This document shows positions 10,452 to 21,859 of a stretch of 64,000 nucleotides of DNA, piece by piece. This DNA comes from Malacoraja senta (lineage: Eukaryota), in NCBI GenBank assembly GCA_038087875.1, contig JAXLNO010002317.1, positions 2,046,001-2,110,000 of the forward strand, given 5' to 3'. The notes below the pieces were generated by a model. That model was not told the DNA's origin and did no database searches. It worked only from the letters and a program-made list of their open reading frames with translations. Both the position numbers and the translations under genes were made by a program. How positions within the stretch are numbered: the stretch's first letter is position 1; every line of letters begins with the position of its first letter.

Positions 10452-11238
10452 CACAATACTCCAGATGTGGTCTCACCAGAGCCCTATACAACTGCAGAAG
10501 AACCTCTTTACTCCTATACTGAAATCCTTTTGTTATGAAGGCCAACGTTCCATTAGCATTCTTCACAGCCTGCTGTACCTGTAAGCCAACTTTCAGTGAC
10601 CGGTGTACAAGGATGCCCAGGTCTCACTGCACCTCCCCCTTACCTAACCTAACCCCATTGAGATAATAATCTGCCCCCTTGTTTTTGCCGCCAAAGTGGA
10701 TAACCTCACATTTATCTATATTATACTGCATCTGCCACGCATCTGCCCACTCACTCAACCTGTCCAGGTCACCCTGCAACCTCCTAACATCCTCTTCACA
10801 GTTCACACTGCCACCCAGCTTTGTGCCATCCGCAAACTTGCTAGTGTTGCTCCTAATTCCCTCTTCCAAATCATTAATATATATGGTAAACAGTTGCGGC
10901 CCCAACACCGAGCCTTGCGGCACTCCACTCGCCACTGCCTGTCATTCTGAAAAGGACCCGTTCACTCCTACTCTTTGCTTCCGGTCTGCCAACCAATTAT
11001 CTATCCATGTCAACACCCTACCCCCAATACCATGTGCTCTAATTTTAGTCACCAGTCTCCCGTGCGGGACCTTATCAAAGGCTTTCTGAAAGTCTAGATA
11101 CACTACATCCACTGGCTCCCCTTCATCCATTTTACTTGTCACATCCTCAAAAAATTCCAGAAGATTAGTCAAGCATGATTTCCCTTTCGTAAATCCATGT
11201 TGACTTGGACTAATCCTTTTACTGCTACCCAAATGCAA
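10452..11238 (-). mobile_element. CR1 LINE reverse-transcriptase fragment
   Basis: SQHGFTKGKSCLTNLLEFFE, VYLDFQKAFDKVPH, SGVPQGSVLGPQLFTIYINDL, SKFADGTKL. Confidence 0.95.
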
Positions 11239-11589
11239 TCGCTATGCTACCACGCCGCCGCACTAATGCAGAGAATCTTCGCAGTCGGCACGGACACGGT
11301 GGGCCAAAGGGCCTGTTTCTATGATGTATCTCTAAACTAAACACATACCTGGTGTGAACAGGTGATCGATTGTCGTTGCGGACTTGGTGGGCTGAAGGGC
11401 CTGTTTCCGCCCTGACCCTCTAAACTAAACTAAACTGACCCATTGAGTTATTCCAGCTTTTTGTGTATATCTTTGGTTTAAGTCAGCAACAGCAACTAAA
11501 TTTACCCTCTCAACCGTAAACCCTCGTGATAACAGACCTCTTCATGACAGATTTTAGTTCTGTCGGACGGACCTGCCGACTAATGTTGA

Positions 11590-11975
11590 TGCTTTTGCAC
11601 CGCCTCCCTTGACACCTCTCGGTATGATATGAATATTGATTTCTCTAACTTCAAGTAATCCCTGCGTTCCCCCTCTCTCCATGCCTCCCCCACCCAAGTC
11701 GCACCAGCTTCTCGTTCTCACATAGTAAACCGCTAACAACGGCCTGTTTCCTTTACCATTGTTACTTATCTTGCATATGTTTCATTCATTTGTTTTATAT
11801 CTCTCTACATCACCGTCCATATCTCTCGTTTCTCTCTCCCCTGACTCTCAGTCTGCAGAAGGGCCTTGACCCGAAACGTCACCCATTCCTTCTCTGCAGA
11901 GATGCTGCCTGTCCCGCTGAGTTACTCCAGCCCTTTGTGTCTAACCCCCCCAGATCCGTTGAGTTCCTCCAGCAT
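11590..11975 (+). mobile_element. PLE 3' UTR/pLTR fragment
   Basis: GMNIDFSNFK-stop-like endonuclease end. Mutated hammerhead motif at ~11853-11880. Confidence 0.75.
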
Positions 11976-12249
11976 TTGTTTTCTCGATGAATAAAGGGAG
12001 TGTTTTGCACCCTCAGCTTTGGAGAACTATGGGATACATTTCCCTTCATTCTGTGAAAGAACATTTTCATTTTTAGCACTACATTTCCTGTCACAACTTC
12101 TGTCTACTTCCTCATATATCAAGAGGTCGCTGAGCCTCTCGAGTTTCTGCCACTTCATAAGTTATAGTGATAATGGTAATATGGACATCAAACTCAATGC
12201 CAGCATATATGTCAATAGGGCTTGTATACAAAAACATGGATATAATGTT

Positions 12250-13620
12250 GAGGCTCTATAAGGCGCTGGGAAGGCCGCTTTTGGAATATGGTGAATAATT
12301 TAGGGCACCGTATCTGAGGAACGATAGCTCTAAGATGGTCCAGAGGAGGCTTACAAGAATGTTCCCAGGAATCAGTGCGTTAACCTATGATAAGCGTTTG
12401 TTAACACTGGGCCTGTACTCGCTGGAGTTTAGAAGAATGAGGGGGGGACCTCATTGAAACGTACAGATTAGTGAAAGGCTTGGATAGAGTGGATGTGGAG
12501 AGGATGTTTCCACTAGTGGGAGAGTCTAGGACTAGAGGTCATACCTTCAGAATTAAAGAACATTCTTCTACTACTATTCCTTATGACCTTATGATTGGAG
12601 CAGAATTGGGCCATTCGGCCCATCAACGCCATTCGATCATGGCTGGTTTATCTTTCCCTCTCAACCCCATTTTCCTGCCTTCTCCCCATAACCCCTGACA
12701 CCTGTACGAGTCAAGAATTTATCTATATCATACCTTAAAAATATCTATTGACTTGTCCTCCATAGCGTTCTGTGGCAAAGAATTCCACAGATTTACCACC
12801 CTCTGACTGAAGAAATTCCTCCTTATCGCCTTCCCAAAAGAATGTCCTTCAATTCTGAGGCTGTGCCTCTGGTCCTAGACACTCCCGCCTAGTCTACTCG
12901 TCCGTCGATCACCCCCTCACCTGTATCCACCTATCACTTGCCAGGCTTAGACCCGTTCACACCTGCTCACACAGTCCGCACAGTGTAGAAGTTGGGAAGT
13001 CATGTTGCAGTTGTATAAGACGTTGATGAGGCCGCATTTAGAATATGCGTTCAGTTCTGGGCTCCGTGTGATAGGAAAGATGTTTTCAGCTGGAAAGCGT
13101 ACAGAGAAGATTTATGAGGATGTTGCCAGGATTCTATGGTCTGAGATATTGGGAGAGGATGAGTATTGCTTGGAGCGCAGGAAGATGAGGGTGATCTTAT
13201 AGAGGTGTATAAAATCATGAGAGGAATAGATCGGGTAGACACACAGTCTCTTGCCCAGAGTAGGTGAATTGAGGACCAGAGGACATAGGTTTATGGTGAG
13301 AGGGGGCAAAGATTTAGTAGGGATCTGAGGGGTAACTTAGGTACACAAAGGGTGGTGGGTATACGGAACAAGCTGCCAGGGGAGGTCGTTGAGGCATTGA
13401 CTGTCCCAATGTTTAAGGTACATGGATAGGTCTAAAGAAGGGTCTCGACCCGAAACGTCGCCCATTCCTTTTCTCCAGAGATGCTGACTGTCCCGCGGAG
13501 TTATTCCAGCATTTTGAGTCTAGGTACATGGATAGGACAGGTTTGGAAGGATATGGACCAAACGTGGGCAGGTGGGATTAGTGTAGCTGGGACATGTTGG
13601 CCAGTGTGGGCAAGTTGGGC
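12250..13620. mobile_element. Cluster of CR1 3' fragments in both orientations, containing a 91-bp PLE insert (13431-13521)
   Basis: GLDRVDVERMFPLVGESRTRGH and LQLYKTLMRPHLEY motifs. PLE insert has a 15-bp TSD aggtacatggatagg. Confidence 0.85.
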
Positions 13621-13624
13621 CAAA

Positions 13625-14657
13625 GTCAAGTCAAGTCACATTTATTTATATAGCACATTTAAAAAACCACTCGTTGGCCAAAGTGCTTTACATTTGTTAT
13701 AAGAATAGCACAACAAAACAAACTACATACATATATACATGTAGCCCTCACTCAGAGGACGTCAGGAAAGGCTTGGGAGTATAGATAAGTCTTTAGTCTT
13801 GACTTAAAGGAGTCGATGGAGGGGGCGGTTCTGATGGGAAAGGGGATGCTGTTCCGCAGTCTAGGGGCTGCAACCGCAAAGGCGCGGTCGCCCCTGAGCT
13901 TATGCCTAGACCGTGGGATATTCAGCAACCCCAAGTCGGCCGATCTGAGGGGCCTGGAGGTGGAGTGGTGGGTGAGAAGACTTTTTATGTAGGTGGGGGC
14001 AAGCCCATTGAGGGCTTTGTAGACATGGAGGAGGATCTTGAAGTTTATACGGAACCGCACAGGGAGCCAGTGGAGAGAGGCCTGGATCGGGGTGATGTGG
14101 TCCCTTTTTCGGGTGCCCGTCAGGAGTCTCGCTGCGGCGTTTTGGACCAGTTGCAGGCGGGACAGGGAAGATTGGCTGATGCCAGTGTAAAGGGAGTTGC
14201 AGTAATCTAGGCGGGAGGAGATGAATGTTTGGATGATCTTTTCCAGGTCATCAAACTGTAGGAATTGTTTTATTTTAGCTATCGTCCGAAGCTGAAAGAA
14301 GCTAGCTTTTACCACGGCATTGACTTGTTTGTCAAATTTCAGTGCTGAGTCAAATATCACGCCAAGGTTTTTGACGTGAGGTTTGAGTAGTAGGGTAAGG
14401 CTTCCAAGGCTGCCTGCTATCATTTTGATTGAGTCCGAGGGGCCGAGAAGGATGACCTCAGACTTACTCTTGTTTAGTTGGAGGAAGTTCTGGGCCATCC
14501 AACACTTTATATCCTCGAGGCAGTGGGTAAGGTTAAACAGATTTGATTGGTTTTTGGGCTTCAGGGGGAGATAGAGTTGTGTATCGTCTGCGTAGCAATG
14601 GAAGGAAATGCCGTGCCTTTCAATGACTTGGCCTAAGGGGAGCATATGCAGGGAGAA
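13625..14657 (-). mobile_element. L2 LINE, 5'-truncated, with open RT C-terminal ORF
   Basis: FHCYADDTQLYL, SRLDYCNSLY, LQLVQNAAARLLT, HWLPVRFRINFKIL, RAFAVAAPRL. (GACTT)n-type tail at 13621-13640. Confidence 0.93.
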
Positions 14658-14661
14658 GAGA

Positions 14662-15212
14662 GTGGCGCAGCGGTATAGTTGCTGCCTCACAGCACCAGAG
14701 ACCCGGGTTCGATCCCGACCACATGCCTGTACAGAGCTTGCATGTTCTCCCCGTGACCCGAGTGGGTTTTCTCCGAGATCTTCGGTTTCCTCCCACACTC
14801 CAAAGATGTACGGGATTGTAGGATAATAGGCTTGCTGTAAATGTAAAATGATCACGAGTGTGTGTCTGATGGTGTTAGTGTGCGGGGATCGCAGGTTGGC
14901 GTGGACTCAGTGGGCCGAAGGGCCTGTTTTCGCCCTGTATCTCTAAACTAAACATAGAACTAGTGTGTGAACAGGTGATCGCTGGTCGGCAGGGACTCGG
15001 TGGGCTGAAGGACCTGTTTCCGCGCTGTATCTCTAAACTAAACTAGTGTGTGAACGGGCGATCGCTGGTCGGCGTGGACTCGGAGGGCCGATGGACCTGT
15101 TTCCGCGCTGTATCTCTAAACTAAACATAGAACCAGTGTGTGAACGGGTGATCGATGGTCGGAGCGGACTCGGTGGGCCGAAGGACCTGTTTCCGCGCTG
15201 TATCTCTAAACT
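14662..15212 (+). mobile_element. tRNA-derived V-SINE (HE1-like) with four tandem 3' tail units
   Basis: A box TGGCGCAGCGG, B box GGTTCGATCC, V-domain core ttctccccgtgacc...ggtttcctcccacactccaaag, and the tail gggccgaagggcctgtttcc...tgtatctctaaactaaac repeated four times. Confidence 0.85.
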
Positions 15213-15541
15213 TAACGAGGTCTAAAATGTGTGGGGATTGTTTTTTACCCAGAGAGTGGTGGTGCCTAGGGGTGATGGTGGAGGCCGTGATGATAGTGGT
15301 GTTTTGGTGGCCTTTAGATAGGCACATGGACATGCACGGAATACAGAGTTTCATATTATGTGCAGGCAAAGGAGATTAATTTGGCATCATGTTCGGCACG
15401 GACAATGTGGGCCGAAGGGCCTGTTCCTGTGCTGTGCTATTCTCTGTTCTAGGTTTTCACTCTCTGCTAATTCATTAAAAAACTTTGCGGAGTTAGTTGG
15501 GCAAACTTGCCTTGCACAAATCCAGACATTCTTGAATCAGT

Positions 15542-15727
15542 AACTCAGCGGGTCAGGCTGCATCTCTGGAGAGAAGGAATGAGTGATGTTTCGGGTCGAG
15601 ACCCTTCGTCAGACCCGAAACATCACCCATTCCTTCTCTCCAGAGATGCTGCCTGTCCCGCTGAGTTACTCCAGCATTTTGTGTCTATCTTCGATTTAAA
15701 CCAGTATCTGCAGTTCTTTCGTGCACA
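15542..15727. mobile_element. Short palindromic PLE pLTR insertion
   Basis: Inverted halves turn inside the hammerhead stem II region. 14-bp TSD attcttgaatcagt at 15528-15541 and 15728-15741. Confidence 0.85.
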
Positions 15728-16074
15728 ATTCTTGAATCAGTGCAGTCTTGTCCAAATGAGCACCCGAACCATGGCACTGTGGAACAGGAGACTGTCACAC
15801 CCGTTAGATTAAATACCTCCAATTTGACAGGGAGGGGTGTAGGGGCCGGTGGGGAGGGGGTTACAGAGACCAGGAATAGGGTCAGAGCCAGAATAGGTTT
15901 GCAGAGATAGTGAGGGACTCTTCCCACATTACAACACTTCCTCTACTAAGAAAAAGTCATGCCCTTTCAGGGATGAAAGGGGTTAACCGTTTGCTGATAA
16001 AGGAATACTTCCTTATTTTATTTCAGTTTTCTGATGTAAATTTTCCCCTCTACACATTCGTGTTCTCCACACAG

Positions 16075-16140
16075 TGACGGCCGCTGAGGACAAGAGTTTG
16101 TCAGTCGATAATCCAGAGACGAGCAGTGGACAGAACCCAG
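16075..16140 (+). other. Candidate exon (possibly non-coding first exon of the Siglec-like gene)
   Basis: Non-repetitive 66 bp preceded by ttctccacacag and followed by CAG|gtacgt. TGATAA and AGGAA/ACTTCCT motifs at 15995-16013. Confidence 0.4.
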
Positions 16141-16349
16141 GTACGTAATTCCGTGTCTGTCGCTCGTTCCCACAAACAACGACCTGTTTAGTTGAGTTGT
16201 GATTTTGTACAGAGTCTGATCACTGAAATTCTTTGTGTATTAAGGTAACTGCAGATGCTGGCTTATATTGAAGATAGACACAAAGTGCCGGAGTAACTCA
16301 GCGGGACAGGCAGCATCTCTGGAGAATTTAGTTTAGTTTTCTTGCTATT

Positions 16350-16990
16350 AAGGCAGTGCTGCGTAGGTTCACCAGGTCTGAAGAAGGGTCTTGAATCTGA
16401 AACGTCACCCATTCCTTTTCTTCAGAGATGCTGCTTGTCCCACTGAGTTACTCCAGAATTTTGTGTCTAGCTTTGATTTAAACCAGCATCTGCAGTTCTT
16501 TCCGAAACATTTTCACCAGGTTAATTCCCGGGATGGCAGGACTGACATATGATGAAAGAATGGGTCGACTGGGCTTGAATTCACTGGAATTTAGAAGAAT
16601 GAGAGAGAATCTTATAGAAACATATAAAATTCTTAAGGGAGTGGATAGGCTAGATGCAGGAAAAATATTCCCGATGTTGGGGGAATCCAGAACCAGGGGT
16701 CACAGTTTAAGTATTAGCGCTTGGCCATTTAGGACTGAGACAAGGAAAAACGTTTTCACCCAGAGAGTTGTGAATGTGTGGAATTCTCTAATACAGAAGG
16801 CAGTGGAGGCCAATTCACTGGGTTCTGTTTTCAAGAGAGCGTTTTAGCTCTTAGTGCTAACGGTATCAAGGGATATGGAGAAAGCAGGAACGGGATACTG
16901 ATTCTGGATGATCAGCCATGATCATATTGAATGGCGGTGCTAGCTGGAAGGGCTGAATGGCCTACTCCTGCACCTATTTTCTATTATTCT
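16350..16990 (+). mobile_element. CR1 3' fragment interrupted by a 134-bp PLE insert (16378-16511)
   Basis: ORF 16533-16847 (GLTYDERMGRLGLNSLEFRRMR). TSD ttcaccaggt at 16368-16377 and 16512-16521. Confidence 0.85.
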
Positions 16991-17483
16991 ATGTTTTCTA
17001 TGTTTATTGTCGTGTGTACCGAGATACAGCGAAAAGCTTTTGCTAACCAGTCAATGGAAAGACAACACATGATTATAATCGAAGATAGACACAAAATGCT
17101 GGAGTAACTCAACGGGACAGGCAGCATCTGTAGATAAAAGAAGGGTCTTGACCCGAAATGCAACCCATTCCTTCTATTCAGAGATGCTGCCTGTCCCGCT
17201 GAGTTATGCCAGCATTTAGTGTCTATCTATGGTTTAAACCAGCATCTGCAGTTCCTTACTATGCATGATTACAATTATTCCATTTACAGTGTACAGATAC
17301 ATGATAAGGGAATAACGTTTAGTGAAAGCTAAAACCAGCAAAGACTGATCAAGGATAGTCTTAGGATCATCAAAGAGGTAGTTAGTAGTTCAGCACTGCT
17401 CTCTGGTTGTGGTAGGATGATTCAGTTGCCTGATAATAGCTGGGAAGAAACTATCCCCGAATCTGAAAATTGGAGAGAAGGAA

Positions 17484-17520
17484 TAGGTGACGTTTCGGGT
17501 CGAGACCCTTCTTCAGACTG
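17484..17520 (-). ncRNA. Minimal hammerhead ribozyme motif (second PLE family)
   Basis: Minus strand cagtCTGAAGAaGGGTCtcGACCCGAAACGTCacc. An identical core lies on the + strand at 30377-30404. Confidence 0.65.
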
Positions 17521-17934
17521 AGAGTGAGGGGAGAGAGAGACACGGAGATAAGGAAGTGAAAGGTGTGAAAACGAGACAAAGATTATGAAGGTTGAGGTAA
17601 ATGTAGAATAGATAATTGTTAGCTAGGAGAAGGTGACAACGAAGCAAACAGAGATAAGATTTAATCAGGAGGACAGTCAGACTGGTCCTAGAATAGGAAA
17701 GGGGATGGAGAGAGAGGGAAAGCAAGGGTTACTTGCTTATGTTATGATATTCATAATGCTGGGGTGTAAACTGCCCAAGTGAATTATGAGGTGCTGTTCC
17801 TCCAATTTGTGTTGGGCCTCACTCTGACAGTGGAGTCAGAGTGAGGCCCAAGTCAGAAAGGTCAGAAAGGTGTCTCTGTGTCTCCCTCTCCCCTGACTCT
17901 TAGTCTTTATTGTACTCAATATTGTGAGAAATGT

Positions 17935-18470
17935 TAGGCCCCGTATCTGAGGAAGTATGTGCTGGCTCCGGAGAGGGTCGAGAGGAGGTTTACATGAATG
18001 ATCCCAGGAATTAGATGATTAACATATGCTGAGCGTTTGACGGCACTGGGCCTGTACTTGCTGGAGTTTAGAATAATGAGGGGGGAACCTCTTTGAAACG
18101 TACAGAATAGTGAATGGTTTGGATAGAGTGGATGTGGAGAGGATGTTTCCACTTGTGGGAGAGTCTAGGACCAGAGGTTATAGCTTCAGAATTAAGGGAC
18201 ATTCTTTTAGGAAGGAGATGAGGAGGAATATCTGTAGTCAGAAGGTGATGAATATGTGGAATTCTTTGCCACAGAAGTTGTGGAGGCAAAGTCAGTGGAT
18301 GTATTTAAGACAGAGATAGATAGATTCTTGATTAGTACGGGGGTCAGAGGTTATGGGGAGAAGGCAAGAGAATGGGGTTAGGAGGGAGAGATAGATCGGC
18401 CATCATTGAATGGCGGAGTAGACTTGATGGGCCGAATGGCCTAATTCTGCTCCTATCATCATGACCTTAT
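17935..18470 (+). mobile_element. CR1 3' fragment
   Basis: GLDRVDVERMFPLVGESRTRGYSFRIKG, followed by the CR1 3' UTR. Confidence 0.88.
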
Positions 18471-18864
18471 ATAGTATGACTTGCCTGGGTTGCATGCAAA
18501 CACTGAAGTCTGGTACACATATCAATTATACAACCATACCAATAGATGGCCGAAAATAGGTCTGGCATGGACATGGTGGACATGGGGACATGTTGGACAT
18601 GGGGACATGGTGGACATGTTCCCAAACCAAGCTGCGATGCATCCTGATAAAATGCTTTCTAACAGGCCCTTCAGGGGTTGGAATGGGGAGACTGCTTTGT
18701 GTGATGGACTGGGCGATATCCACTTTAGGGGCGGCATAGTGTCTGTACAGAGTTTGCCCGTTTACATATTCTGTTGACCTGCTAAAGAATTTAATTGTAC
18801 TATCTGGGACATGTGACAATAAAACATTCTTGAATCTGGACTCTTGACCTGCTTGGCTTTACTG

Positions 18865-19605
18865 AGGTTTCCTCCCACATTCCAAAGACATTCAGGTTTG
18901 TAGGTGTTAAAGAAGGAACTGCAGATGCTGGAAAATCGAAGGTACACAAAAATGGTGGAGAAACTCAGCGGGTGCAGCAGCATCTATGGAGCGAAGGAAA
19001 TAGGTAACGTTTCGGGCCGAAACCCTGAAGAAGGGTTTCGGCCCGAAACGTTACCTATTTCCTTCGCTCCATAGATGCTGCTGCACCCGCTGAGTATCTC
19101 CAGCATTTTTGTGTACCTCAGGTTTGTAGGTGAATTGGCTTGTGAAAATTATTAATTGTCCCTGGTGTGTGTAGGATAGTGCTAGTGTGCGGGGATCGCT
19201 GGTTGGCACGGATTCGGTGGGCCGAAGGACCTGTTTCCGCACTGTATCTCTAAACTAAACACAGAACTAGTGTGTGAATGGTTGATCGATGGTCAGCATG
19301 GACTAAGTGGGCCGAAGAACCTGTTTCCGCGCTGTATCTCTAAACTAAACACAGAACTAGTGTGTGAATGGGTGATCGCTGGTCAGCATGGACTAGGTGG
19401 GCCTGTTTCCACGCTGTATATCTAGACTAAACATAGAACTAGTGTGTGAACGGCTGATCGATGGTCGACGCGGACGAAGGGCCTGTTTCTACGCTGTATC
19501 TCGGAAACAAAACATAGAACTAGTGTGTGGACGGGTGATCGATGGCCTGCATGGACTCGGTGGGCCGAGGGGGCCTGTTTCCATGCTGTATCTCTAAACT
19601 AAACT
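18865..19605 (+). mobile_element. V-SINE with five tandem tail units, interrupted by a palindromic PLE insertion (18907-19118)
   Basis: V-domain and tail sequence recognisable. Insertion TSD caggtttgtaggtg at 18893-18906 and 19119-19132. Confidence 0.85.
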
Positions 19606-19829
19606 AAGCTCTCAGCAATTTCTTGTGGTCTTGGACAGAGCTGTTGCCAAACCAAGGTGTGATGCAACCTAACAGTGTTCTTTCACAATTCATGTGGAGA
19701 AGTTGGTGTGAGTCACTGGAGAAATGCCGAACTTCCTTCATCTTTTGAACAAGATGAGACATCAGTGTGCCTTATTGACCACAGCTTCAATGTAGTTGAT
19801 GCAGGGTATGCTGTTGGTGATATTTACGG

Positions 19830-20412
19830 TCCTAAGGTCATAAGTGGTAGGAGCAGAATTAGGCCATTCCCCCCATCAAGTCTACTCTGCCATTCAATCA
19901 TGGCTGATCTATCACTCCCTCTTAACCCCATTCTCCTGCCTTCTCCCCATAACCCCTGACACCCGTACTATTCAAGAAGCTATTTATCTCTGCCTTAAAA
20001 ATATCCATTGACTTGTCCTCCACAGCCTGCTGTGGCAAATAATTCCACAGATTCACCACCCTCTGATTAAGGAAATTCCTCCTCATCTCCTTCGTAAAGG
20101 AATGTCCTTTCATTCTGAAGCTATGACCTCTAGTCCTGGACTCTCCCACTAGTGGAAACATTCTCTCTACATCCACTCTATCCAAGCCTTTCACTGTTCG
20201 GTAAGTGTCAATGAGGTTCCCCCTCATTCTTCTAAACTCCAGTGAGTACAGGCCCAATGCTGACAAATGCTCATCATATGTTAAAGCCATCATTCTCATA
20301 AACCTCCTCTGGACCCTCTCCAACGCCAGTACATACCTCCTCAAATATAGGGCCCAAAACTACTCCCAATACTCCATGTGCGGTCTGACCAGCATGTTAT
20401 AAAGCCTCAGCA
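19830..20412 (-). mobile_element. CR1 3' fragment
   Basis: ORF 19922-20344 (LALERVQRRFMRM...GLYSLEFRRMRG). Confidence 0.9.
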
Positions 20413-20687
20413 TTTCATTATTTTATGGTCACTACCTCCGAACGGTTCTTTTACCATAATCACCCTGATTTTACTTCGGAGTCACGTGAGTGACTACGTG
20501 AAGAAGGGACGTCAGTCAGCATGCGCGTCATTACGTCTGAAGCATGCGCCAACAACTGACTGGCAGGCGCGCAGCGTCCTTCCAGCGGTAAGTTTAAAAA
20601 CGGCAGGTAAGTGTTTTTATAAACTACTCTGCAGTCGGTTTTGGTGGGTTCGTTAAACCTTGTTTTTTCAACAAGTTGGACCCAGCA

Positions 20688-21744
20688 ATGTCCAAAGTAA
20701 GGAGACGGTCTGCGGGGAAGCCGGCTACCGAAGACCGCGGTAAAGCGGGTAGCGGGCGACTGTCTACATCACCGACTTTGTCGCTGGCGGTAGAGCCAGC
20801 AGCAGCAGACCTGGTGCCGGAGGAAAGCACCGTGGCGGTCCCGCAGGGGCGCAAGGCCACATGGAAATCCGTAAGGCTCGTTAACTCAGATGAGTCGGGC
20901 CAGGAGGGATTCCGTCCTTCGTTGGGAAGCGTCCGCGGGCGACTTACCCACATGGAGCACCTTATGGAGAGGTGGCTCGAGAGTGATCTGCTCCGTAGGG
21001 TCTCCGCAGCAGCCCGCGCCAGCGGCTTCGTACATGGGGCTGCAAAATGTCTCCGTCACTGGAGAAGGGAGTACACCGGGTCAGTTTTTGACTGACTCCG
21101 AGTTTGGAGGCACAGAAGGTGAGCATTCCCAGGGGCACGGGGCTGAAGTGCCATTTTTGGCATCCAGTTTCGCCATCACCACTCCATTAGGAGCACCCCT
21201 GGATGAAGACATGGCCAGCAATATCAATTATTTGGCCTCTCACCAACTCAAAGAATTAACTATGGAAACCACCAACAGGTACCCCTCTCCAGCTAACAGT
21301 GCCTCCCTCAATGTGCCGGCCGTTAACCACGTCATCTGGGGTCATATTGGAGCAGGTGTAAAATCCCAGGAGATGAAACTCCAGGAAGTCCTGAAGTTTC
21401 TGGCCTCTGGCATAACGGCCTTTGCACGGTCAGTAGAAGGAGAACTACTGACCAATACTCAGCAAGATGCAGTGGCATTACTCTGTAATGCTCACTTTGA
21501 AATCAATTGCCTGCGCAAAAACGCTATCCGGCCGGCGCTAAATCCAAAGTTTGCTGTGCTGTGCAAGGCCAGCAACGTCCAACCGGCCAATTATCTGTTT
21601 GGGGAAGATCTGCCTAAGCAGGTCCGGGAGCTGGACGATGAGGCGAAGACCATCCGCCTCATGAGTAGAGCCCAAGCCACACCCAGAGGCTCATCATACC
21701 GGGCTCCACTATGCACCCTACAGCACCAGGCGATACCAGCCTAG
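20688..21744 (+). pseudogene. DIRS gag-like ORF1 (frameshifted)
   Basis: ORFs 20676-21095 and 20890-21744 overlap. ...DAVALLCNAHFEINCLRKNAIRPALNPKFAVLC...LFGEDL. Assignment rests on position in the element. Confidence 0.7.
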
Positions 21745-21859
21745 GGGCACCAGAACTGGTGGAAGACCCGGATTGGAGACATCAAGGTCTTTTTTATGGG
21801 TGGGCCCCAGCCGACCCACAGCAAGGATGCGCAGGGGGCACCCACCACCAGCTCGATTT

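Noticed and set aside
14662-14730. tRNA-like sequences with A and B boxes (also near 24780-24840, 26060, 28300, 35170-35225, 42430)
   Set aside because: These are SINE heads continuing into the V-domain; no complete cloverleaf.
13752-14855. 367-aa ORF as a host gene or SINE-LINE fusion protein
   Set aside because: The N-terminal ~65 aa are antisense SINE sequence that happens to be in frame with a 5'-truncated L2 RT.
14880-15212. Regularly spaced ~85-bp repeats resembling a CRISPR array
   Set aside because: The whole unit is repeated with no unique spacers, it is the SINE tail, there are no cas genes, and the context is eukaryotic.
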